Made by a program: the position numbers and the translations under genes. From Amoebophrya sp. A120 (Eukaryota; Protista; Dinoflagellata): DNA of 64,000 nucleotides. The stretch is from NCBI GenBank assembly GCA_905178155.1, contig CAJINV010000005.1:4257556-4321555 (forward strand), written 5' to 3'. Each line of letters opens with the position of its first letter. Position 1 is the first letter of the stretch. Under the pieces are notes generated by a model, which was given only the letters and a program-made list of their open reading frames with translations, ran no database searches and had not been told where the DNA came from. This document shows, one piece after another, positions 13,157-24,600 of this stretch.

Positions 13157-14567
13157 CTGTAACGTTGTGTACAGACGCGCACGATACTTTTTATTCAGGA
13201 TTATTGCGGTCGTCGTGGCAAAGATGGTGCTGGTGTACTCAGAATGCTCCGAAAGCTACTTTGCCCGTTCTTTGAGCAGAAGTAGTGCAGTAGCTAGTAA
13301 GAACCTTTAGGAGGCAGGAGCAGCGCACCAAAACAATAGTTGGCGAAGTTTCTTCCTCCCGATTGCAGCACCTTGTTCGTTTATTTTCTACGTCCTTCCG
13401 AGAAATCCTGGCTACAAAGTTGGTACTCGTTTGCCAAACTCATTTTCCAAACCGAAATAAAGTCCGTGATTTACAGTAGTACGCAAAATGTGCTGCAAAC
13501 TCCTACTTGTAACTACAAGAATGTATCCGTACCCCAACAAAAAGTGGGAGACATGCAACAATACGCATAGAAAAGCAAGGGTCCGTAGGGTAACGTGAAA
13601 GAAAAGTAAGGGGCCGCTGACCTTGAAACTCCGAAGCTAATTATCTATGGGCATTTGTTTGTAGTGTACTTTTTCTGATTTTTGTGCACAAGGAAGACCC
13701 GTCAATGGCCATCTTGTTTCTTGCTCATGAAAGAAACTCAAAAACCAAATAGAACGAGGGGCGGCAGATGACGTAACTATGCCAAAGTTGAAGACGCATT
13801 AGTGCTCGCAGGCGCAAGGTGGACGCAACTACAATCCTAGCAGGGCCATTGTTTGGGTCAACTACAACAGGAACCGTCGTGTACCACAGGAGAACGAGAA
13901 GGAACGAATTGAAATTGCTGCAGCAGAACCACGAGGACGACGAGAGACTTGGTCAATGAAGTGGGATTCATTGCAGCAGCAGAACGACAGGAGTTTGTTC
14001 GACCTAGCACGACAGATTGATGCCTCAAACCGCTATTGATGCCTGATGGCGATGGGTACGAAAACGAACGTGCGTGACTGTGTAAGCAGTAGTGATGGAC
14101 AAAAACTGAAATACATATCAATTTTTGTTTTTCAGCACGAAGTGGACGAGGGAGAGGATATTAACGCCGCGAAAACACTTTTTCCATCTTAGTTACAAAG
14201 CCGGTGTGAAGGTAAGAATTCGACAATCTTTTACAGTGGGAACGCAGGCAAACCTGCGCACGTGTTCCCAGAGAAAAGGAGCAACGGAATCAGATCTACT
14301 CTTGAAATAACATTTCTTCACTTTTCTGGGCCGTGATCCGGCTCCTCAAGGTCAAGACTCCAAATGCAAATCATTCATGGCGACAAATAAAGAAAACCCG
14401 CCGAATAACAAAGTACCAGTCGGAAGATATGAATATGATGTCACATAATATTTATTCCTGGGTAGACCACTCGTGCCAAGCCTTAGCTGAGCGTTCCAAT
14501 TTCTGAGCAGAATTGCGTAAATTTGCAGAAAGAGCTGATACCGGTAGTACCGCCGTCTCCGCTTCAA

Positions 14568-16161
14568 CTATTCACAAGAAGTAGCAGGCAGCCCCTTCAA
14601 CCTTTCTTCCCTCTTCACCGCCCTCTTCACCGCAGCGCCGAAAATTCGCCCAGGCATTCTCGTGTGGCAAGCGATACGTAGCCGTACAGGGTTGATCATC
14701 ATCTTGAAAAGTATCTCCCCTTCAGACAAACATACGCTTGCGCTGTATACATTTCGCAAAAATGCAGCTCTCTATACATCACTGTTCTCGCATTGCGAGC
14801 ATCATTTTTGGTGAGGAATTGGAATTTCTACGCCAATACAGTCTTCCATGTCAGTCACGCGAGGAACAATACATATGTATCATACGCACCATTGCATGTC
14901 GTGCACCGTGTGTGTCTGTTGCCTCGCGGTTCATTCTGCCATACAAAAACGAACATTGAAAAAATGACAAGCGCTGTAAGTACTCTTCGGGAGTTAACAC
15001 ATTCCTCTTTTGCACTGGATATTGAAATCTGAGCGAGTTTCATCGAGGACATGAAGACAAAATGCGCAGCGCCCAAAAGGTTTTTATGCAAGCGAAAACT
15101 CATCTCCTGCTCTGCTGCACGATCAGCATCAGCCTCGTCATGATGATACAAACATATCAGAAACCTCAAAAGAACCGATCTTTTGTGTCATGCACAGCAC
15201 CCTGATTCATCTGAGCACATATGACATTTCCTATCCCGCATGACCACGTTTCATTTCTCGTACGTACACATTCGAAAAATACATGAAATTTCTCGCGCTC
15301 CTGGATGCTCTTCTTGGTGCAGACGGCTGGATCAACAAAATATTCAACGCTTGCGTAGTTTCGGGTAGCCAGCAGGAAACTTGTGGGCTCGACGATCAGG
15401 AGCATGACGGCTAGAACCAACAATTGCAAGGTCCTCGCGAATGTCCTTTCTTCCTCTTCCACAGGTCGGAGCACTACAATAACCCTACTTACACCTCTTC
15501 TCAGATAGGATTTTAAAGAAACACGGATGTAGAAGAACCTGCACCTTCTGCACGAACTCGCTTGCGACATGAAACACAGTCTTGCAGCACAGGACCACTT
15601 GATATTCGGTAAAAACCAGAAAATCACGATAGCAATCACTTTTTTACACGATGTTGACCAGAAAAACGATCAGAATTATGCATCATCTACGAAGCTTTAA
15701 AAACTCCGCCAGACACAAACAGCTGCTTCTCCTGGTCGGAGTACTCAGAATAAGTTACAGTCAAACAATTGTGCGATGTGTGTACAACTCTACTTCAGCA
15801 GCGTTCGAGCAACCATAGCGATTTTTTCCAGGAGAATTAAATCCAGTAAATGCTTTTTGCTGGAGCGAAAAATTTTCACTAGAATCGGGGTTGGGACAAA
15901 CAACAACTACCGAAAACAACTCCCTGTCGCCGAATTTTGAGAATCTGAATCAGGACGATATTTCATTCATGATCAATAAAAACGACAGACGACTATCATG
16001 TGATCGAGTATGGCAGTTTGTTTGTTTGTTCTTCTCCAGGGAAAAAAGAAAACTGCAGAGCCAGATCCGACCGAAAGCAAAACTTTCTGCTGCATGTTGG
16101 GCGTCCTAGTAGCCCTTGACTTTCTCTGCTCCCATAGCAAGGCGAATATCTCGAATCTCAA
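14568..16161 (-). CDS. Hypothetical multi-exon protein with a hydrophobic segment
   Basis: Short co-oriented ORFs (14568, 14855, 15166, 15973); LQLLVLAVMLLIV segment; no family recognised. Confidence 0.25.
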
Positions 16162-16680
16162 TTATTCCGAAGCCGAACACATAAAGCCAAAAAACAAGAA
16201 GTCAATAAGTATGTTGCCCTCTTCGTACTGATCCGAACCTTCTGATGCAGATTGTGGAAGCAGGCAATCGATCTACAATGCACTGCCTTCTGCTTCTAAA
16301 CACGAGCGAAAACTTGCACCTTCTGTCATGCAAAGCCAATCAATCAATGCAGTGCTGCTCCTCTGATGAAGCTCCAATATCGCAGGGCGCAATATCCTAT
16401 CGCTATTATCGTCGAACTATATCATTGTCGTCATAAAACTTAGTTGTGTCTTCATCACTGAGGAACAAATCTTTTCAGTCTTCCGAGACGGGACCTCGTG
16501 GGGCAACGATGCCTAGACTCGCCAGCGTGAGAAGAAGATGTTTTCGGGTCCCCCAGGAAAGCAAGAGGAGCAACACATCCTACACAGGAGCTCGCGGACA
16601 AGCCATTTGATGCCGCAAGTGTGCCACAGAGCAGTACTCCCCCTCCATCTCCAATATAGTACCTTTCCAAGTCAACGCTT

Positions 16681-19600
16681 TCACGTGCTTACCTTCCGCC
16701 TCTTTGTGGATTTGGCGACATCGGTGCCCATAGGACAAGAAGATTCGGAAGTCTTCACAACGTCGAGTTGTGGCAAAGGCGCAGTCATTTCTCGAAGCCT
16801 TTCCCGCGAAAAAGATCCGGATGCCTGCGTCGCGGCGGAAACTGTGCGCCCGTCGACGGTGGTGTGTGAGGGCTTTTGTGCGAAAAACGGCGCGAGCTTC
16901 GCATAAACTTCTTCGTGGTAGTCATTGATGTACTGCACCTCCTCGTGTGTCAACAAGGAGACATCAATCAGCCTGCGGTCTAGCGGAATGAACGTGAGAT
17001 TCTCTAGGCAGCAAAATCGCTCGCCGCCCGCAGCAGGAGCCGGAGGGGCTCTTTGCCGGGCCGGTTTTGTTCCCTCTACTTCCGCGGATGGTGGTCCTGC
17101 AGCTGCCACTGAACGCACGTAAACCAAATTTTCGATGCGAATCCCGTACTTCCCGGGAAGGTAGTACCCAGGCTCGTTGGACAGGACCATGTTTGGCTGC
17201 AGGCCGGTCTCCAAATACTGGGGCGCAGTCTTGACTATAGTAGTTCGGAGCATGGGGATCCCGTGCGGACCCTCGTGCACGTTCAAAAAAGACCCGACGC
17301 CGTGGCCCGTGCCGTGTTGGTAGTTCAGCCCATGCTTCCACAGCGGCAGTCGCGCCAGAATGTCCAGCGCGGCTCCCGGAGTGTTCTCCGGGAACGCCGC
17401 GGTGGCGATGCTGATGTGTCCCTTGAGCACCAGCGTGTAATGCAGTCGCAGTTCGCCGAGAGACTGCCCCCTCTCTCCCCCGTCGCCCGCAGCAATTATA
17501 TCGCCATCTGCTCGCCGCTGGACCAGCACAGTGCGCGTCACGTCCGTCGTGCCATCGGAGTACTGCGCTCCCGAATCCACAAGGTAGAGTGTATCTGATT
17601 GCAGAGGCACGCTTCCCTTTGGGTTGTAGTGCACGATGGCGCCGTTCGGCCCGCTTCCGGAAATGGTGGGAAAACTGAGCCCCCGAAACGCCCCCGGGCT
17701 CTCCTGCTTCCGGAACTCCTCTAGCGTCGCCGCCGCCGAAACTTCCGTCACAGGAAATAACCCCCCCTCTTGCGGGCAGCTCGTCTTGGCGGCCTCTGCC
17801 GGCTGCCCGCTCGGACCAGTGGTCGGAGTTGGCGAGACGAACTGATCCTCAAGCCACATCAGAAACTTCGTCTTCGCAACACCATCGCGGATATGGCAGG
17901 CTTGCATTCCGGCTAGCCCCTATCCAAGCAAAAAAGTACTGTAGGGTTCCCACTCTATTAAATTCTGCGGCTGCTTCTCGTACCTAACCGCTTGCTTTTT
18001 ATGTTTTGCTGTTCTTGCTTTTCCTACTCAATCTGCCTTGTAGAACTGGGAAGCAGCTGCTCAGCTTCCATCAGTACATATCAACCTCTTTATTTCGCAG
18101 ATGACAGTTACGCCGTCGAGCAGGCGCGGTGGAATAGTTATACAACGAACTTAAACGAGCTCTGCGGTGCGCATGCGGCATGGCACATTATAACAGTACC
18201 TTGACGGCGCACCGTTGTACGCAACACCCAAAAAATCCACTACTCCATACAAACACTTCGAAGTCCTGCAAACGAGAAATCGGTGACCATCTTCTCGAGA
18301 ACCACCCAAGCACAGTGCATTTCACCGCGATAGCTCTTATCAAAAGTAAAAATCCCCCCTCCCCATATCACAACGAAGTTTCTGATGCTGGATTTGCGTA
18401 TACAAATCAGATTTGTCTTGCTGGAGAGGACGGCAGGCCTATACTAGGCCCGAACTGGGAAGCTTTGAGCTAGGCGCTGAGCATGGCAGACGTGTAGTCT
18501 GTAGGGCCAACAGCATCACAAACCGCCAACAGAGTGCGGCAGAGCCTGTGCGGTTGCGTTCTTGCAAGACAGAGACGATTTGAGGTGACAAATCAGCATG
18601 ACAAATTTTCTGGGACGTGCCTTTTCGATATGGGGAGGGGGGATTTTTCCTTACGATAGCTCTACGTCATTCTTCTTCGCCTTCCAGAGTGGAATTGGTG
18701 ACACTGCGTCCGCACTGTAAAAAACGTAGTCCCGAAGGGCGGCGGGACAGGTCCCCTCGTCCGCAACGATTCGCCACCTCGGGCCCGCCGTATCAACTGT
18801 AAAAGTGTCTGGGTCTGGAAGATTCTGACACTTGTCATGCACGCTTTGCATGAGCCATGATGTCTGTGATGCATCCCCTAGCAATACAGATTTTTTGAGG
18901 GGGGCTTCTTGATGCGTATTCCGCATGACACATGCCTTCTCAGCGTAGCAAAAATTGCCTTTCCTTTGGTACTCATGCAATACAAATTTTTTTGGAATCC
19001 AAATGCAGCATCACACGTTGCATTCTTCCAGACGAGCCAGACATTTTTATATTTGATACGCCGCGATCGCACGCAAGTCCGCTGCCAAGTTCTCGTATGG
19101 TTTCAGCTGAATTGCGTCCAGGGACCTCTGCTCAAGGTCCCGCTCGCGTCGGTCTTCTTCCCCGGCGACACCTGCCAGCTCCGGGGCCTCGTGCGGATGG
19201 GTCGTCTTCAGCAGCTCCAAGTGCTTCCGATCGCAGTACAGAATGGGTTTGCGGTTCAGTTCCTCGCGGAGGACGAGCAGAAATGCGAAAAACACCGGGT
19301 TGTAAGGAATGTCGGTGCCCCGTAGATTCAGGAGCCAGGCAATCTCATCCAAGGCACACACGAGAATGCCATCCGCCTGCGCATCTCTGAAGAGCGCACT
19401 GCCGCGCAACTTCAGCAACTTGTCTTCCCGTGCCTCCCCGGCAAAGCGTACCGAATGGTCCAGAATCGGCTGGGCCGGCCGTGGCGGCACGCCGCCGTCG
19501 TCGGCAGCCAGCATCATGCGGACCTTGTCTACAAGATTCCCGGCGATCCCGTCTTCGTCCCCTAGCGCTGGTGAGCTTGAAGGTTCATCTGGGATCCTTG

Positions 19601-20887
19601 CCCCATGCTCCACTGTGGCTGCGTCTCCGCCGCGCAGCGCGGCGCTTGTGTCCGCGAGAAGCTGTCTCACGAAGCTGCGCGGACTCCGCAGAGATGGGGA
19701 CGCAGGAGCTGCGCACTATCCTACAGAAAACGAAAAATAGTGCCCATACACAAAACAAACTTGCGCTGCGGGTTTTAGTATCAACAGCATGACATTAAAC
19801 TTTCTCGCCAGTTCCCTCTCTAATCGTAATCGTTAAAAAAACCGCATGGCGATGACAAACTGCATCCTGCATCACAAAAAACTGCCTCTATAATGGTCTC
19901 CGCATTGTTAAGATCGCGGAGTTTTATATGATCATTTAAGTAAGTATCAGTATGCCAATTTAGCAACATCAAATTAGAAGCACATCTTTTTTTCTGGTAT
20001 AATGGCTGTACCTTTCTGTAGGGTAAGCACGACTGCTTGCCACCGAAAGAGCGGGATGCGGGACCCTCTTTCCGGTGCTCGAGTCCTCCTGTAGCCTCGA
20101 CGATGCTGAGCGCTCCCCGCCCCAAGTCCGCTTCCCACTTCCCCGCGTTTCTCACGCTGACCAGCCAGGGATCCATGCCCAGGCGCAAACCGCCCGCGCA
20201 GCTCTTCTGCTGCAACAGCCACTCCTTGGTCGTCAACACGGAGCTGTCCTATCCTGTGTAAAAACGTACCCACACCATAGTTGTCATGCAAATCTGCATG
20301 CTTAAAATGTTTCTCATGCAGAGCCCCATGAGAAGCATTTTCTAATGGTGTTTTGAAATTTGTCATGCTCCAATCAGCATGAGAGATTAGATCTGTAATG
20401 CTGCTGAACTAGCTCAAACAGCACTACAATACGCGTCCAAATTTGTCATGCGAAACAGCCAAAGCTTGTGGATTCGTCTAGCCGATTCCCCATCTTGACT
20501 ATGGGGTGGGTACGTTTTTACATAGGATATGTCCCCCTGTCGCATCAGCGTCCACCCCGGGCCGAGTTGCGTCGACGCCTGCTGCCAGTAACGCCCGTCC
20601 GTCCAGAGCAAGGCTTCTTTCGCCGTTATCACCGCACACCCCGCGGAACCATCGAACCCACTGATGTAAGCCAGCCGCTCGTCACGGGCGCAGAGGTACT
20701 CGGAAAAGTGCGCGTCGTTGTGCGGAATGAGGTAGGCCGTCAGCTGCCGACGGTGCAGCAGCTCTCGGAATTTTTGGAGTCGTGTCTGCAACATTTGGTG
20801 CTTCCGGTTTGTCTGCTCTACTTTTCGGTCTTCGTCTCCCGTGATGTTGTTGTCCTGATCCTTCAGTGTACTATTTCCGCCACACAT
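16681..20887 (-). CDS. XPNPEP1: Xaa-Pro aminopeptidase (M24B, XPNPEP1/APP-like)
   Basis: Motifs DAHFSEY..RLAYISGFDGSAG, LLWTDGRYWQQA, DEIAWLLNLRGTDIPYNPVF, DSGAQYSDGTTDVTRT, HGTGHGVGSFLNVHEGP, SNEPGYY..GKYGIRIEN. Confidence 0.93.
17921..18332. mobile_element. Old TIR introner, TSD GCCCC/GCTCT, abutting the next element
   Basis: TATC...GATA ends with weak TIR; must be removed to give KNDVELAGMQACH. Confidence 0.7.
18338..18658. mobile_element. Family-B TIR introner, TSD GCTCT
   Basis: TATCAAAAGTAAAAATCCCCCCTCCCCATATC...GATATGGGGAGGGGGGATTTTTCCTTACGATA. Confidence 0.92.
18791..19058. mobile_element. Family-A TIR introner, TSD CGCCG
   Basis: TATCAACTGTAAAAGTGTCTGGGTCTGGAAG...CTTCCAG..CCAGACATTTTTATATTTGATA; removal is in frame (AIAAGPRW). 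Confidence 0.92.
19717..20025. mobile_element. TIR introner (family G), TSD CGCAC/AGCAC
   Basis: TATCCTACAGAAA...TTTCTGTAGGGTA; removal is in frame. Confidence 0.8.
20250..20529. mobile_element. Family-C TIR introner, TSD TGTCC
   Basis: TATCCTGTGTAAAAACGTACCCACACCATAGT...ACTATGGGGTGGGTACGTTTTTACATAGGATA; removal gives MRQGDSSVLTTKEWL. Confidence 0.92.
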
Positions 20888-21690
20888 GGTCAGGTACTGC
20901 CTGAAGCCACTGAAGAGCCCCTGCGCGCTTCGTTGCTCTCAAGACCCAACCAGCACCACACGAAAGTCGGTTCTTTCAAATCAAAATTATCGGACAGTGA
21001 CATAGGATTCTTTTCACCTCCTTGGGTTTGCAAATGCCTAGGTGTAGGCCGTTTATTATATCGACACTTACAACATTAAGTAGTCCCACCGGAGGTGTAG
21101 ACGTAGAGTGAGTGTGAAAACACCGAAATTAACATTACCACAGAAGTAAGCTAAGGATCGGATTGGGAATCGATCCAAGTCTCTGGAAAAAGGAAAAGTG
21201 AGCACCTCCGTCCTGTGAAAAATCCATGCGGGAAAAGAGCAACACATATACTTATACAAACACTTCTGAAAAGAAAAATTGAGGGGCTGGATACATCTGA
21301 AAATACTGCCATTGTTTGTGTTTTTTGTTAATGGAAGGGCGGGTTTCGGGTTGTTGAAACTCTTACTTTCTACTTGTCGCGACATTGTGTCCATTTTTTT
21401 TATCTTACTGTGACGGGGAATCTTGGTGCTCACGAACACATCAAACAGCCCCTGACAACAACTTCGCCACTCTTCCGTCGATGGCAGCATTAGGCTCAGT
21501 CCATCACAGTGGACGGAGACATGGCGGTGGAGATCCAGTGTTTACTATTTTTATATGCATCTTTTTCTTTTTTTGTCCGATTAGAGACGGCACTCGCAGC
21601 AACCTTCAACTTTCCGTTCTAGAGGAGAATGCAAGGCGAGGATTTTTGACGGTCCTTCTACTACGTGTAAGAACCAGAAGGGCTTCTACA

Positions 21691-24600
21691 CTAGATTATA
21701 CGCACCCTGTGTCTCAGATCGTTTTCCACCCCAAGCCGCAGCTCTTTCTCATGAAAACGTCGCAGGTTCGCGGCAAGACGCTGCGAAATAGTGACGCAGC
21801 GAATGCGATGACTCGCATGGCCAGCGCTGTTGTACAGTTGCTCATACAGTTGGTCTTCGATTTCCACGGCTACGGCCGAGGTGCAGTCATCCAGCACAAC
21901 GGTGGTCACCACGCTCGCCTTGTTGGCGGGCTCTTGCGGGTAGATCTGCCGCATGGCAACCTCGCGCAGGCGCGCCTTTTCTAGCTGGTAAAAAACGCGC
22001 GCGAAACACAGCCGCTGCTGCTCCCCGAGCGACAGGACATGCTCCCAAACCACGGGAGGGGCGCTGGAGTCAGCCCGCAGGTTCCCGCGGCCGGAAACGC
22101 TGCCCGTTGCGGTCCGCTTGGGAAACCGGTCCGCCAGGTAAAGAAGATCAACCTTTTTCAGTGCCGTTTCCGTATGCAGATGCGGTGAGCACGCGAGAAA
22201 TCATTTTTACAATCGGGCACTGCATATTCATCAACCCGAAATGTGCACCATCCGGGGGAGGTCTTCTATTGCAGATGATGAGCAACGCTTCGTGGTGCAG
22301 CATGACAAGCGAAGTGAAAACAACCTCCAAATACCCTCGACGAAGACCCACAGCGGCCCTTCTTCTGAGGGCTGTGATGTTGACTGTTGTACTTGGACGC
22401 CAGGACCGCGTTAGAACCATTTCTCATGTACCTAACTTCGTCTTGCGTAACGTTTACGCTGAGTGCAACCCTACCGCTGAGCGTGATCAACGGTGGGCTA
22501 CTTCCTGGTTTCGCGACTAACAGCTAAGCTCTTTATGTCTGACGATTTCCCGCATTGTGTGCCCATATTCCACGCAGAACTCGTACATGCGGTGCCGGGC
22601 GGTTGCGGACGAGACGGGCTCCATCTATGACATTGAAACCAACTTCCGCGCCAAAGAAAGAGCCAGAAATTGATGCATAGTAGAGGTATTGTACATGCAT
22701 TTTTCATTTTCGATGTACAGAAATACAGTTCCGCGCCATGCCAGCCCTCTCAAGAAGTTTGTAAATGTTAAACTGATTTCGTGACATACAAATTCATCGA
22801 GTCTCCTCGAAAGCCGTGCAGTTTGCATGGCGCCTTCTGAGTATTTTTGCTACGTCGGAATTACGACACACGGACAATCAATGAGTCTTGACGCAACTTT
22901 ATTGCAAAAGGCAGCCTACAGGGCACTCCTCTTCCAAGGCTCTCTTTTTGTCGGGTGGCGAGAACAACGCCGCGTTTATTTCACTTCGCTACCTTCTCGG
23001 GGTAACTGACCTGTTCGGAGAGCGAGCCGGGAAAGACCATGTAGGTCATCTGCGGCACAAGGAGCATGTCCCCCGGGGGCTCAAACGCAAAGGCCGGCCA
23101 GAGTCCCGCCAGCACACGGAAGAGCGCTGTCTTGCCAGACCCGTTTGGCCCGGTGACCATGAGCCCCCCGTGGCACGCAAGCGTGATTCCCGACGCGAGC
23201 ACGGTCTGCTGGTCCGGGGTGTCAAATGTAAAAATGTCTGGGTCTGGAAGAATCCGAACTTGTGATGCTGCACTTGGATTCCACAAAAGTCTGTATTGCG
23301 TGAGCAGCAAAGGGAACGTAATTTTTGCTAAGCGGGGAGGGCATTTGTCATGCATACCCGACTGCGCCACATCAAAAACCTTTGCACCGTCGCCGCAAGC
23401 AGCTGCGGACGCAGGAGGGCACTTGTCATGCGGAATAGGCATCAAGAAGCCCTCAAAAATCTGTGACGCTAGGGCATGCATCACAGACATCATGGCTCAC
23501 GCAAAACGTGCATGACAAGTCTCAAAACCTTCCAGACCCAGACACTTTTGCATTTGATACGGGGTGCACAGGGCCAAGTTTCGGAACTCCAGCACATCTT
23601 CACTCGCACTGTGGTTCTCGGGGTGGTTCTTGGTGGCCGTCTTTGCTGACGGCGACGAGGCCGCAGAAGTACTCAGCAGCCCAGGCCGCGCCTGATCTCT
23701 CGACGAGGACGTCCTCTTCGCAATGAATTCTGTGCCACGACGACACGGGTCGTGCAGCAGGTCCACCTCGGGCACCACCTGGTCGCCGTGTGCCACACGG
23801 TGAGAAAGCAGCGGCGGGGAGTAGACGCATGCAGTTGATGGCAGCTCTCCGCCCACCCCCAGGCCATCGAGGTGGTCAAACAAAGCGCACACGCGGCCGC
23901 CGGTGGTGGCGATCCGCACCACCGTTTCCTGCAGGTTCGAGAGACTAGAAATGGAATCCATAATTTTCCGCAGGCAAACGTCGCTGTACGAATTCTCCGC
24001 GGCGGTCAGATTGCGCTGCAGCACGAACTGCAGCAGGTCGCAGGCCGAGAGCAGTCCGTGCGAGAACTCCTTGCTGTCCCGGGCCAGAAAGTGAAACCAC
24101 ATCTTCTGTTCCGCGTCCGCGAGATTCATTTTCGCTGTCACGTCGAGCAGGCACCGGAGCGAAGCGTTCGCAATATCTCTCTCCCGGGCATCGCCCTTGA
24201 AAAACGCGACAGACTCCGCGCACTGCTCGACTTTGTAGTGCACTGCGCGGAAGTATCCGCGTGCAAACTTCCCCATACACGACTGTGTCGATGATCTCGA
24301 TTCGCATTTGCAAAGAATAAAAAAGAAGTGCAGGCGTAGCACTTTTCTATAATATCAAAGTGCATACAACATATAGTATACTTGGCACACAGGAGGACAG
24401 GAAGCCGTAATCTGCGCTGAAGTTCGAAAGACGACATGCAGAAATAATTAATACGTAGACGTACACTGATAGCTGTGGCCGTGCCGGTTGTTCCAGGTGC
24501 AGCTCTTCGACTTCGACGGAGGTAAAAGGAAAATTGTGCACGCGGATAGAAAGTCGGCGAAGTATTTCTTCTCTAGGTCGACGAAGCCCTGCACGTGTCT

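Noticed and set aside
22626-22788. Additional TAT..ATA element in the ABCD gene
   Set aside because: No TSD, and a canonical GTATGT...CATAG intron explains the junction in frame.
18786-23564. CNNNG target preference that would always create a GT donor
   Set aside because: It holds for CGCCG and CGGGG but fails for most other TSDs (AAACA, TGTCC, ATCTC, TTGCT).
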